Below, piece after piece: positions 13,065-26,915 of a stretch of 64,000 nucleotides of DNA. Source of the stretch: Octopus sinensis. Its lineage: Eukaryota. The DNA lies in the NCBI RefSeq assembly GCF_006345805.1, contig NC_043004.1, positions 16,244,001-16,308,000 of the forward strand, read 5' to 3'. Made by a program: the position numbers and the translations under genes. The notes beneath the pieces are model-generated. The model saw nothing but the letters and a program-made list of their open reading frames with translations. It was not told the DNA's origin and searched no databases. Each line of letters begins with the position of its first letter. Positions within the stretch are counted from its first letter, which is position 1.

Positions 13065-14729
13065 CCTATTTTAGCTAACAGAACTATCAAGTGCAGTGAT
13101 AACACATCTCTTTAAATTTCAAGGAAATTTCTTAGTAGTCTGCGTGGAAGAAGACAGCACTTTTAAATACCAAAATTATTGAAGCTTTTCGGAAGCCCTT
13201 TAACCTTGTACTGAGTGCGCCAATCACCACCGGGAGAATTTGCACTCTTGTATTCTATAATTAGCTTATATCACTGTGTATGTTCTGATATTACACTATA
13301 TTCTTGGCTTTGGCAGGCAAAATAATTATCGTACAACGTAGCTGTCTCGGACTTTCCCGATCTGATCTAGTTTCCCTGGTTCTATACTATCATAAGATCA
13401 GAGAGAAACCATATATAAATAATGTAGTTTTCATTAACTTTCACGCTTCTTTGTTGTGTCTATAATGAACAGATGGTCAAGTTGAACAAATGAACGAAAG
13501 GAAAGAGAAAACAATTGTGTTTATTACAGAGGAGTTCGTTTCTGATTTTGTGAATCAATACGATGATGACTACGAATGAAATCGATGACAGCAAACTATT
13601 TATACCTTAAATATAGCTGGTACTAGGCAGCAGCGTATCAGTCAGGATGTAAATGAGGCAGGCCTTTAATACGTGTGTAGGTACATACCTGTAAATGTGA
13701 GCTTGTGTGTGAAAGAGAGATAGACATACAGATAGAAATAAAGTGTACGTACATATATATAAATATACATGTGAGTATATGTAAGTGTGCATGTTTATGG
13801 TTTTGTGACCGTATGAGTGGATGTATATATACTATGCATTATTTTTGTTTAATTTTGTTTATTTTAGTTTTCCATAAGCTTTAATGTAATGTAGAAAGCT
13901 ATCATCAAAGAAAGGTTCTACAATATTTGAATAGCTACGATATTGTCTTAGATAAATGAAATGGGTTTCCTCACATATTTATTAATTTTCGCAGTTTAGA
14001 CAAATTACCATTTGCAATATCTATAAGCATTGTAATATTTCCATAATGGTCTTAGACTTGATAGTAAAAAGTGCTGGACTCATGGATAGTAATTCTACCA
14101 AAACTATCACGAATCCAAATAATTCCCAAACAAGTGCCAGAAAGAAAGATCAAACAATAAGCGGAGTTTCCATCAACTGATGCGATATGTGGTTGCCGTT
14201 GTACTGTAGTTGCTGTTTTACTCTACTAGCCACAATAGTTACAAGTCATCTGATAGCGTTGAATTTCTTTGTACTGGAATAGTAATACATTAACTTCTGC
14301 TACCTTACTATCGTTGATAGCTCCACAGCACACTGATTAGAAATATCGACTATCAATACTTCGACCCTCGACTCTCTCTTGACGACCGTCTACTGTTCTA
14401 TTTATAATGGCTGTTTCCTACCACTTTTTACCGGGAGGGGTATGCAGTTCCACTATACAACAGATACTTACACTCAAACACTCTCGGACTGGATAAATAC
14501 AATATTGTAAAGATTAATTCGAACGGAAGAATATATCATGAAACAATATTGCTGTGTTTAATAACGAATACAATAATGAAGCTATTCCACCTTTTTCAAA
14601 ATTGTAAAACAACAGAAATATGCATGGGTTGTGTCTGCAAAAAGTTTATCCTGGCCAAACAAAATTATATTGCAAAATTTGAAGAGTTTATTTATCTCTA
14701 CATTCGGAAAAAGAAAAGGGATGTACATT

Positions 14730-15220
14730 TACTCATAGGAGATGTTGAGTGGCATCCGTGCAACAGTGTGAGAGAATATGCGTTGGAAGTTTTGGCCTGG
14801 CGTTTAATAATGCTGAGATAATTTGGGAAATACGTACTGAATGTTGTAACTGGTCATTAGAGCCAAATTTACTATGATTGGTGCAAGATGTATAACAGCA
14901 CGGAGAAATGGCATACAACATATACGCGAGTGGTGTCTGTATGCACATTTATATCCTGCTGTCAGTGGAATATAATACGGATATCCAGGAGCTCTAGCCA
15001 ATAGACAGAGCGGATAGAAGTTCGATCCGCCTGCTTGTGGTATGCACCCAGTTGCATACTTACATTTCTGGTTTTTCTGCTTATAAATAGACGAAAGTAA
15101 GCTTCCGAAGATGATATTGATGTTCCTTAGGCGAAGTGTGACCTCCATCAGCATAGGACATTTTCTGAAGCCTCCATGCGGCAGTGAAATACCCTCTTCC
15201 CATGATGAGTTGGAAATTGA
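14730..15220 (-). mobile_element. Possible very old CRE/RLE-type retrotransposon remnant
   Basis: Weak echoes only: WEEGISLPHGG (SLP..GG-like) and a Cys/His-containing segment (..SHCCTDATQHLL). Confidence 0.25.
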
Positions 15221-17245
15221 CTGTATTTCAAACGTTATAACATTGTATATTATTTATGATAAAATGAGGAAGACAAGAAAAATTAATTGAACCTAAAGAA
15301 ACACGTATGAAGTGGAACAGATGCAGAACAAGAATTGATTGGAAGTATGTTGTAATGATTGTAAAGATAACAGAAACGGAATAAGGAGCTGAAAATGATA
15401 CACTATTGGAGAAAATCATACGAATATTTTATACCAAGAGCTAAAGCACTACTCAAAGGATATGGAATATTTTGGTTTTTGATGATGCATTCTCATGTCT
15501 GAATCCCCAAGCCCACTTATGAAGAATGATTAGGACATTATTGTCATAGTGCACTGAGTTTGTATGTGGTACCATGTTTTGTATTTCTTTTCTCGTATTT
15601 TTTCAGTATGAAAGTTTTAGCTTATATCAAACGACTGTCATGGATGTGCATCTCTACGCGATTTTAACAGATTTTACATATATTGGGCTACGAACTTAAT
15701 GCGCAAAGGATTTATTGAGTGTATATATCTTAATATTCTTGTTCCTATCTTGTATGAATGTCGTCTCTTAATTAACTACAGTTACCATTTTATTTTTATA
15801 AAGATGGAATATAAATATCTTCCTGCTTAATAATGTCAGTCTTATCAAGCAATCTTGCTGCGAAAGGTCCCTAAAAACTAAATTTTCATTCCTGTCAAAA
15901 CACAATATGGTAACGCATTGATATATTATTAATCGAACTTCCTGCCAAAAATCCGTAGTTTAAACAAGCTGGTCTTTTGAGATTAAGTCATCTCTAATTA
16001 TAGAGGATTTACAAGTAGTGCCTCGACAGACACTTAAACATTGTATTCAATAACAGCTGAGGAAAAAGCAACTCATAGTAATAGTAGTAACGCCGACTGT
16101 CTTTTGCTCACCACAGTTATATCGTGTATACGAGCATGGTGTCTACATCTGTCAATATAAAGTGTTCGATTAAAACTTATAGTTATATTCTACAAGATTG
16201 TAATTGAACTAAGTTGCAACAATGCAAATTAGTCAATACAGCATAAACAAAACTAATGGCGTGTTTATAAGCAGTATGTATGAGAACTGTTAAAGAGAAT
16301 TTTTTGTGACTGACGCAGTATAAGTCTATAATGTATGAACTGCACATGTAAATCATTCTAACTACTGCTAATTTAATAAAGATTGTTTGGCGTGGCATTC
16401 CAATAAGAGTAAAAGTCAAGCCTCTACTTCACAATCACACACATTAATTAAAATGAATGTGAAATTGTAAATTATTAAGCGACGCCATTCCAAGGAATTA
16501 GGAGTAAGAATATTTAGTTATGCATGAGGTATGCATTGCACGTTGTGGCTGATTTAAATGAAAAATACATCGATCAAGAAGAGTGTAGTCGTTCTGAATG
16601 CAGTGATGTCACAGGTATGAATGGGCTAAGAAATGTAGCATCAAACACCGGTGCTATTGGACTAGAAATATCAAACATATTATTTGCTTAAGAACATGGC
16701 AGAAGATAATCTATCAAATCTGTGAAGTGTATTCCTTCTGTTGGAAATATATTGGTGTCATAAAAGCCAACCTTGACATCAAAACTATCGCTTCTTTTAA
16801 AGTAGCACCGCATTTATCAAATGTCACACTACAAACAGAGTTCTGCGCATGATAAGAAGTAGTAAATCACTTCCGGCTGTCAAAATCCTATGAAAATTAC
16901 CAGTCATGAGATTCCCAGCATCTAACAATTTAGACAAATCTAAATAGGATCTCTGAATGGTAAAATATCTAAATAATCCTGTGTTATTGATTTGAGTGAA
17001 CTTATGATCTACAGTTTATTCATTAGAATATTATGTACTACTTATAAAGTCATAGACAGAGCTTAATTCTAAACTGTTCTTCTGAATATATCCATAAATT
17101 TATTTAGCAAATATTGCTAGGCAGATATAAAAATAATATTCTCCACATATATTATCTTCGAGGTTAGATAATGGACACATTCGATTAGTTTCTGTCCTGT
17201 TTTGGAATATCATCAACCACGATGCACTAAATTTAACTCACCATA

Positions 17246-17253
17246 TATATACG

Positions 17254-17337
<84 letters not shown>

Positions 17338-17376
17338 GTATATGTAAGTATGTATGTATGTGTGTATGTATGTGTG
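17246..17376. repeat. (TA)n/(TATG)n/(TG)n tract, left flank of the Penelope-like element
   Basis: Directly visible; a similar tract resumes at 22980-23055. Confidence 0.95.
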
Positions 17377-18538
17377 TGACCGGTTCGCGGAACAACCTTC
17401 GTGACATCCACCTTGCGAACGACAACACCGGTCTCACGCCATTTCCGCTCCACCGGTCACTCCTTGCAACACCTATCTGTGTTCGGTTTGTCCTTACACA
17501 GAGGCCATCCGGATTCCCGTTTGCGCCGTGAACAGGAATTAATCTTCTCTCTTCGCTCTTATACGCCATTTGGTCTCAACTCTCCCCCCCTCCTCATCTA
17601 ACCCCCCCCCCCTCCTCACCTATCCTTTCTCCCACCCGACCCCTACTTCTTCAGTCCTTCATCCTTTCACCCCTACTCCTTCCCTTCTTCCCTCTTTCTC
17701 CCTCCCTCTTCCCCTTTCCCTCTGCTCCTTCCTCTCTCCTTCCTTCTCCCCATCCTCTCCTCTTCCCCCTTCTCCTCCCCCTCTTCTTCCCCTCCCCTTC
17801 TCTCCCCTCCCCTTCTCTCCCCCCTCTTCTCCCCTTCCCCCTCTTCTCCTCACTACACCACATGACTTTACACATCACATCACATATGATGTGCCATACT
17901 AATACACACACCAACTAATACATACTAATACGTACTAATACATACTAGTACATACTAATACTTACACCAACCCTATACATACACACGTCCAGACCCCGCA
18001 TACGCACTTATACTCTCTCACACACCACACACAACCTATACATACCAATACGTACTAATACATACTAATACATACTAATACATACACCAACCCCATACAT
18101 ACGCACGTCCAGACCAATCCTACGCACTAATACTCTCTCATACACACACACACACAAACACACCTTATACATACTAATACATACCAAACCCTATACATAC
18201 ACACATCCAGACCCCTCCCACGCACTTTTAGCTGGTCCCTCACCCATTTTATCAACCCTATTATCTCCCTTATTTCGCTCTCGCGTCTCATGTTTGATCT
18301 TTGACCTCTGGCGAAATCAGATCGCCATGTTGATTCGTTAGCTACTGCACGCATTTTTTTTCTCTCCTTCTTTCTGTGTTTTTTTCTCTCTCTGTGTATC
18401 TTTGTTGAAGAGCGTAGGCTCGAAACGTTAAAGACTTGTTTTATTTATATTTCCTGAGCGCCATACTAATACAATTGTTCGTTTGTTTTCCCCTGCCTTC
18501 GTCTTTTGTTTATTTTCATAAAGCTTCCCGTTATATAT
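17377..18538 (+). repeat. 5' pseudo-LTR
   Basis: Near-identical to 21830-22979, differing mostly by indels; contains a polypyrimidine tract and ATACATACTA 10-mer repeats. Confidence 0.92.
18399..18434 (+). ncRNA. Minimal hammerhead-like motif in the 5' pLTR (2-nt deletion at the core start)
   Basis: TCTTT-GTTGA-A-GAGC GTAG GCTC-GAAA-CGTT-AAAGA. Confidence 0.55.
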
Positions 18539-19151
18539 TATGCGCTCACGTGGTTCACTTTCATCCTATATTCTACCAATACCACTATCAACACTTACCT
18601 CTACCTTCGATTTTATTTACCTCTTGGATACTTACCATCGGCTGCACCTCTCTTTCGCGGATCAAAGTGACTTTGCATTGATGTGAAATCCTTAAAAAAT
18701 ATGCCACGACGTCTACACATTTCTCACTTGAACTTTCTACCTTGAACTTGTTCGCATAAACTGTCCCGTTTGTTGTATTTTTTTTTGTTCTTATATTAAC
18801 ATTTTTTTACATTCATTTCATGCTTTCCACATTTTCCTGAATTTTTGTTCTCCTTTCCGTCTTTCTTCCCTCTCTGGATGTCCATACTCCGTTCCTCTCC
18901 TGCACACCCCCTTTTTTTTGCCTCCACCTCTCTCTCTGCTTCCCTCCTTCTTTCCCTTTTCCGTTTGCCCCGTCTTTTCTGCCCCTATCGCTTACTTATC
19001 TAGTTTTTCATACGATTATTATTTTTTGGTTTTTTTGAACGTTTGTTTTTTCCCCTTTTTTCGCTATCCTTTTTTTCTATTTTTTTCATACGATAATTTT
19101 TGTTTTTTGTTTTTTTTGTTTTTTCGAACGTTTTTTTCCCGCTATCCCATC

Positions 19152-22050
19152 ATGCCGGATCCTAGGTCCTACCTCCTCACCCTCCATCACCGTTTGAAGG
19201 ATCATCTACGTTCGCTTCCTGTATATTGCCGTCAGCCGTCCGTTAATCTCTCTCTACTTCTTTTTAAAAAAACCCGCTTCTCTAGCCATGTCTCTTTCCT
19301 AAGCCGCTGCCTACATCACCGACTCATCCCTAAAGGTTTCCGCCTCCACTTCTACCCTGCTCTCCACTCGGATTCTTCCATCTTACCCATACTCCGCACC
19401 ACATCTTACCGCCTTATGCGGGCCACCATTCGCTCCAATCCTCCAAACTACATGCCATCAACCGCCTTATTCCTCCTGCTTTCTCCACCTTCTTCTCCTC
19501 TCTGCCGCCTCTCTATGCCCCAAACACGCTACGCTTCATTATCCATTTGAATCAACTCTTCCATCAATTTCTTTTGATACCAAACTTCGTAAACTCCAAT
19601 CACTCTTCCATTCCACCCTACCCGACGCCACTACCCCAACTCCTCCACCACCCTTCTCCCCTCCCGATAGGCTCCATCCACCCACACCTAACCCCACTGC
19701 CCCCCCCTACAAACCCTTCTCCCCTCCCGTTAGGCTCCATCCACCTACACCTAACCCTACTGGCCCCGCCCAACCACCCCCACACACCTCCCCAATCCCT
19801 CCCCCTCAGACCTCCACGAGACCTACACACCCCTCCTACTTCTATTCCACTCACCCCTTCTCCACTTCCGTCTGTTGTTACCATTCCCCACCGATCTTCC
19901 CCTCTCTGCGGCTGAACGCTCCGTCCTTGGTAGGGGTCTGCGTTTCATCCCCCTCACTCCATGCTGTAAGGAATTCCAGACGCGAGTTGATGTCCACATC
20001 TTTGTGCGCCGTGTCCGGTTGGGTGCGCATTACCACGACTCGCCACCCACACCCAACGAAGAAGACGACTGCTTCACTGGCCTGGGACGCCGACCATCCC
20101 CGTGGACGCCTGCCCCTGGCCAGATCCTAGCAGTGGATCTTTTCGCGGGCGCTTGTCAGCGTGCATTGGATCGGTTCAACTTCTCCAGGCGCCAACGCCG
20201 CCTCAACATCTCCCCGGCTGAGCTTTTGGCTCTTCGTTCCCTCCAACGGCGCGCTGACATTATCATCAACCGGCTGACAAGGGTGGAGCTGTAGTGGTGT
20301 GGCGCGCGGGACCTCTATAGGGCCGAGGCTTTCCGCCAACTCAATGAACACCTCCTTCTATTCCCCTCTGCCCTCTAACCCCACACGTAGCTACCAACAG
20401 ACGGTATCCTCTACTGTCCAAGACCTCATCTCGTCCTCCCGTCTCCCCCGCACCGCATCCAACCTAATTGTGCGAACCCCACGTACCCCCACCATTTACT
20501 TCCTCCCCAAAATCCACAAACCCAACAACCCTGGCCGCCCCATCGTCTCCGCCTGTAACTGCCCCACGGAGCTCATCTCTAAATACCTCGACCGTGTCCT
20601 TGCCCCCCTAGTGGCATCTTTCCCTCCCACATCCACGATACCAACCATGCTCTCCGGCTTTTAAACTCTTCTCCTTTCCTCCGGCTCCTCCAAAATCCTT
20701 TTTCTATGGACATCCAAAGCCTCTATACTGTTATCCCTCACCACGAAGGACTGCAGGCCCTTCGACACTTTCTTGACCTCCGCTCTAACCCTGTACCTGA
20801 CACCTCCACACTCATTCGTCTGGCCGAACTTGTCCTTACTCTGAACTGCTCTCGTTCGCGGGCGAGTTCTACCATCAGGTCTCGGGAGTGGCCATGGGAA
20901 CGCGAATGGGCCCCCGCTATGCGAACCTGTTCGTTGGCTATGTTAAGGCCCAAATATTCTCTAATTTCACTGGTCCACTCCTGAACTATATGGTCGTTAT
21001 ATTGACGACATTATCGGTGCCACCTCACTCTCCCGCGAACATCTAGATTCTTCCTCTCTTTCGTCCAATCTTTCCATCCAGCCCTCCACTTCACTTCCAC
21101 TATCTCCAACACCTCTGTCCTTCCTCGACATTTCGGTTAGCATTCTTCACTCCACTCTTACCACCTCCATTCACTACAAACACACAGACTCACACTCATA
21201 CCTCAACTTCTCTTCCTCCCACCCAGAACACACCAAGCTTTCCATCCCCTATTCCCAATCCTCCGTCTACGTAGGCTCTGTAGTGACGACCATGACTTTG
21301 AGACTCAGTCTCTCAACGTATGGCTCACCACTTCCCTACGTGGATACCCCCTCACCACTATCCACCCGCCCTTGCCAGAGCACGGTCCGTGGACGTGTTG
21401 TATCTGCTCTCTCTCCCCGAACCCGCCTGTAGTCTCCCGCCGCCCTTTTCCCCTCACTTACCACCCCACGACCCTACGTCTCCCCAACGCACCATTCTTC
21501 GAACTTTCCGTCATCTCCAGTCCGACCCGTCCACTTCACACCTCTTCCCTAACCGACCTCCCCTCTTTCAAACGAGCCCACAACCTTCGAGACCTTTTGG
21601 TCCATAGCTCCTTCCCTGACCCTACCTCCCAACCCGGCTCGTTCCCCTGCTCCCGCCAACGTTGCCGCACTTGCCCTTACCTCTCCAAACACACCCGCCT
21701 CACTAGCACCCACCATCGACCCTATCCCATCATCCACTCCTTCACCTGCACCTCCAGCAATATTATCTATTGCATCTCTTGCTCTCTTTGCAATTCCTTG
21801 TACATCGGACAAACGGGACGCCGCTTGGCTGACCGGTTCGCGGAACACCTTCGTGACATCCACCTTGCGAACGACTCACGGTCTCACGCCATTTCGCTCC
21901 ACACGGTCACTCCTTGCAACACCTATCTGTGTTCGGTTTGTCCTTACACAGAGGCCATCCGGATTCCCGTTCCGCCGTGAACAGGAATTAATCTTCTCTC
22001 TTCGCTCTTATACGCCATTTGGTCTCAACTCTCCCCCCCTCCTCATCTAA
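19152..22050 (+). pseudogene. Penelope-like RT + GIY-YIG endonuclease ORF, frameshifted as assembled
   Basis: N-terminal FLSRCLHHRLIPKGF; IYFLPKIHKPNNPGRPIVS; MDIQSLYTVIPH; GVAMGTRMGP; RYIDDI; Cys linker CSRQRCRTC; NIIYCISCSLCNSLYIGQTGRRLADRFAEH; ends PFGLNSPPLLI*. Confidence 0.92.
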
Positions 22051-22979
22051 CCCCCCTCCCCCCTCCTCACCTATCCTTTCTCCCCCGACCCCTACTTCTT
22101 CAGTCCTTCATCCTTTCACCCCTACTCCCCTTCCTTCTTCCCTCTTTCTCCCTCCCTCTTCCCCTTCCCTCTGCTCCCTCTCTCCCCTTCCTTCTCCCCA
22201 TCACATCCTCTCCTTTCCCCCATTCTCCTCCCCATCCTTCTTCCCCCCTCCCTTCTCTCCCCCCTCTTCCCCCCTCCCTCTTCTCCTCACTACACCACAT
22301 GACTTTACACATCACATCACATATGATGTGCCATACTAATACACACACACCAACTAATACATACTAATACGTACTAATACATACTAGTACATACTAATAC
22401 TTACACCAACCCTATACATACACACGTCCAGACCCGCATACGCACTTATACTCTCTCACACACAAACACCTATACATACCAATACGTACTAATACATACT
22501 AATACATACTAATACATAACACCAACCCCATACATACGCACGTCCAGACCAATCTACGCACTAATACTCTCTTACACACACACACACCACACACACACCA
22601 CCTATACATACTAATACATACACAAAACCTATACATACACACATCCAGACCCCTCCCACGCACTTTTAGCTGGTCCCTCAACCCATTTATCAACCCTATT
22701 ATCTCCCCTTATTTCGCTCTCGCGTCTCATGTTTGATCTTTGACCTCTGGCCGAAATCAGATCGCCATGTTGATTCGTTAGCTACTGCACGCATTTTTTT
22801 TCTCTCCTTCTTCTGTGTTTTTCTCTCACTGTGTATCTTTCTGTTGAAGAGCGTAGGCTCGAAAACGTTAAAGACTTGTTTTATTTATATTTCCTGAGCG
22901 CCATACTAATACAATTGTTCATTTGTTTTCCACCTGCCTTCGTCTTTTGTTTATTTTCATAAAGCTTCCCGTTATATAT
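21830..22979 (+). repeat. 3' pseudo-LTR
   Basis: Direct repeat of 17377-18538. Confidence 0.92.
22836..22874 (+). ncRNA. Minimal type I hammerhead-like motif in the 3' pLTR
   Basis: Stem I TCTTT/AAAGA, core CTGTTGA (A6>U), stem II GAGC/GCTC, GAAA(A), self-complementary ACGT as stem III. Confidence 0.6.
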
Positions 22980-23011
22980 GTATATGTATGTATATATAAT
23001 ATATATTATAT

Positions 23012-23055
<44 letters not shown>

Positions 23056-23458
23056 TGATGTACATATACACAGACAGTTTATAGAATCCCTAATATTAAG
23101 TTATTAACTGAGGTAAATAGAGAAATGTTCTTATTTAACGTGTTTTGAAGCAATCCTATTAATAAAATTCTATTTCGCTAGATAATGTCAGACTTTACTG
23201 TGGTGTCTATCGAGAGACGTGTACTGTATCTGGTGTAGGCTTTTTTAACATACTTCTCTATTTATAGAATATTTTCGTAAACAGAAACAAAATAGACGGT
23301 CAGTACTAGTTTCATATTATTAGCAAGTGTGTACAATTTTTAACTCTATTAGTTTCAAGAAGATCAGAAGTATATGAATTAAACCGAATCGTCCTCTTCC
23401 GATTCATGTATTACTGGTCCGGAAAGAGTTTTGTTTCAATATTTTGTCTGCAAAGATA

Positions 23459-23625
23459 TTCTTTTCTACTCTTGGCACAAGGCACGAAATTTTTTTTTTT
23501 AGGGGTGCAGTCGATATGATCGACCCTAGTACGCAACTGGTACTCAATTTATCGACCCCGAAAGGATGAAAGGCGAAGTCAACCTCGGCGGAATTTGAAA
23601 TCAGAACGTAAAGACAAACGAAACG
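23459..23625 (-). mobile_element. tRNA-derived SINE, 5'-truncated
   Basis: Minus strand has a B-box-like TTCAAATTCC and the central block GCCTTTCATCCTTTCGGGGTCGATAAATT, which recurs twice within 30188-30590. Confidence 0.8.
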
Positions 23626-26600
23626 TCTGCAAAAAATATTATAAACAAAGCATTTTATATGTTTCAACTTAAAATTTTATCTAAATGTTTATAGATATAT
23701 TCTGCAATGTTGCATATCATCGAAATATATCTCGCTAATACACCAGAAATTTAGTTATAAAGGTTGTAAAATCATGATGCTTTTGAATATTAAAAAGAAA
23801 TATTGATATTAGCGTGTATTTGCTTGTCTGCGCACGCTTATGCTACGTTTCAAAATCATTTGACCATTTCAAATGTTAATATCAAATAAAGAAAAACAAC
23901 ATAGTTATCACAGTCAAAATTGCTATTCATCTCATCTTACAAAGAGTAACATTTTTCTATTGCTCAGTAATATATGCACATCATGCGGCTTAAATGTTTT
24001 CTACGCATAATTCCACTTGACGCAATTATTATACTACATCACTTTTTAAAATTATTTACCATTATCTAATTTATAGGATAAAATCAGAAGTACAAGTAAT
24101 GTAAAGAAACCAGTAGCCGAGATATAGTACATTTGAACAGTATGGAGAGAGGATTATCCGCATGTAATAGAAATGAAATGGTATAACTGACGGAATTGAT
24201 AAAATATTTGACACAAATCATATACAGCGGCATAAGGAAACGAGGAAGGATATTTTGTGGAAAGAAAATGAACGTTAAACGAACATAGAGAAAATGTCTA
24301 TTTCGGAAAATCAAAGAAAGCTAATTGAACATGTTATAATATGAATCGAGTTGTAGTAAATGCTCTCGATGAAGCCAGAGAAATTTTGAACGATACTTTG
24401 AGCTATTATGGCATCATGTCATTTGCAAAAAGAATAGCGAGAGAGAATTAATGTTTGTAAAGTACAGAAAAGTTTCTTCTGAAAATATCAAGGAAAGTAT
24501 ATTCGAGACGAGATGAATACAAAAACAGGATGGCAAGATAAAATTCCGTAAATACACTTGGTGGGAGATAGTAACTCTGCATAAGACTAAAGAATTGTTA
24601 CAGGCGAAAAAATGTGATTTATGTCATAATTACTCTTATTACAATCAATTATTATTTTAACCTTTGTTGTTAAAAGTTCGAAATGCAACAGTTGAAGCGG
24701 AAACGAAGTTGCAAATTATTGATATTTATCGTTGCAATGACATGAATTACTCGACCTTAAACCTGAAATTCCATATAATAGTATTTTACTTTAGTTATTC
24801 TGCTAAAATATAAACCATTTTCTGTATGAAATTTTATTCCTGAACATAAATTTGAGAAGCAGGTATAAAATGAATGTGTCATAGTATATCTTATTATCTT
24901 TATATATTACATGTATGAGTTTTATCGACTTTTTTTCTGCTTCTTTTTTCGTTATTTTTTTCTGTCTATTCAGGGTAGTTAAAAAGTTTCACTACATTCA
25001 GTGAAACTATACGTAAGAAATTGTTGGAAATCCGAATATGAAACTGTAATCATGAAATAATTACTGACCATAATATCTGTCCTGCATTTCCATATCTTCA
25101 CTATAAAAATAGTAATCTGAAATTATACTTTATTAATACATCATTTATTTTTTGAATTATCTCTATTCGTGGAAATGATGTTTAACTTTCAAATACATAC
25201 AAATATAAATACATAACCATTCATATATATTGCAGAATATATCTATGGATATTTGTATGCATGCATGTATGTCTGTATGTATGTAATTCGCACAAGATCA
25301 AAATATGTTTCTTAATAGAAATTGCAGTATTCAATGAAAAATGATGAGTAATATTTTTCAAATAATTTTATCTTCCTGAGTTTCACGCCACTGCAATCAT
25401 CAAGCAAAACGTGTCGTGGTTTATTTTCTATCGTCTTTCTATCATGCTTTCTTTACTATGGGGCAGATTGCATTTTTTATCGATAGATATAATTTTCAGA
25501 GTTGTTTACGACTTCAGTTTTATGGTTGATTTATTTCACTGAGGCCATGGTCGTTCTCATTTCCTTTGCAGACTAACTAGTTTTATGTTTAATAATTTTA
25601 CAGTATCTTGTTTTAAATTATGCTTTTATGAGGTTTTAAAATATATATCAAGCACGAAGAAGCATAGCTCTCAAAATCTTATATACAAAAATCATACACA
25701 CGTTCTGCAATATTTGCAGAACACGTGATGCGTAAATGAGAATAATATGAAAAGAAATAAGAATGATATAAGAAATGCTTATGGAGACAACGATTTTCTG
25801 CCAGTGAAGCAAGAGCAGCCAAAATACCGAAATAACAACACATTCACAAAAATGCCAATATAAGCAGCATATTATTCTGTGAAAACCGGATTAGAGAACA
25901 AAGAAAGAAACTTCACTTATCAAATAGCAATTTATGAAACAGGGCTGGAATGACGCAATCAGCTGACGGACACAGGAGATCAACTCAGCAACTGAAAAAC
26001 GATTTATAGGATTTTCATCGCTTCTTGGATACTCAGATGTGGTCGAAGCAATTAATTTGTAATATTTTAGACCTCCATTGATAGGAAAATACGCATCTGC
26101 AATCGACTGGGAAATTAGTAGCTCATTGTTCATTGTGATGTACACAACAAGGACACGACATCATTTAAATTGCAAGGGAGAGCAATCATTATACACGTTC
26201 CTAATTAATTAGCCAATGATGCACAGCCCAAGTATGGTTATATTTTATACAAGAATGCCACCGAAACGTGGAAACTTCTTAGTTTGTCCCAAATTTTATG
26301 CTTATAAAGAGATAGCTGTTTGTGGTGTAAATTATTCGCTTACTGACCTCAATGAAACTAAAACGTTGTTGAGTTTGACAAATAGCATGCGAATAACATT
26401 AAAATTACTATCTATGTCTAACTTATTTCAGTCGTTTGACTGCGGTCATGTTGGAACTTCAGCATGAATGGTTGCATCGAACCAATTGACCTTATCATTT
26501 ATATATATAAGTCTAATTCTTATTCTGCACTTCATTTTGCCGAGTCGCTAAACTAGTGGAAAGTAAAGAAATTAATGCCGATTGTCAAATGGGATCGCAG

Positions 26601-26759
26601 ACAAACATAAAGGTACACACACATAAATATGTATATGTGTGTGTGTGTGCGTATGTTTGTGTGTGTGTGTGCATGCATACGTACGTATGTATGTATTTAT
26701 GTACGTATGAGTACATTCATACATGCATACACACACACACACACACACATATAAATGAG

Positions 26760-26915
26760 AAATACTTCTACACACTTCCCGTCTCTCAAATTCGCTCACA
26801 ATGCGTCGGTGGGATCAGAAATATAGATGGATATATTGCCCCAAGATGCCGCGCCGTGAACTGAATCCGAAATAACATGGCTGTAAATTGTGATTCTTGA
26901 CTTCAAAACAATCCC
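26760..26915 (-). mobile_element. Degraded SINE
   Basis: Resembles 45305-45466 (TTCCGTCT..CCCAAG..CATG.GGCT). Confidence 0.4.

Larger units (their letters stand above)
17377..22979 (+). mobile_element. Penelope-like retroelement (Neptune-type), partial-tandem structure with pseudo-LTRs
   Basis: 17377-18538 is a direct repeat of 21830-22979 (starts inside the GIY-YIG coding end, ends ..GCTTCCCGTTATATAT); RT+GIY-YIG ORF between; inserted in a TA/TG microsatellite. Confidence 0.93.

Noticed and set aside
17890-18190. CRISPR-like or telomeric array from ATACATACTA repeats
   Set aside because: Short tandem repeats without unique spacers, internal to the pLTR, in a eukaryotic context.
17377-22979. 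LTR retrotransposon interpretation of the long direct repeats
   Set aside because: No TG..CA ends, PBS, gag or integrase; the repeat includes the GIY-YIG coding end, as in Penelope pLTRs.
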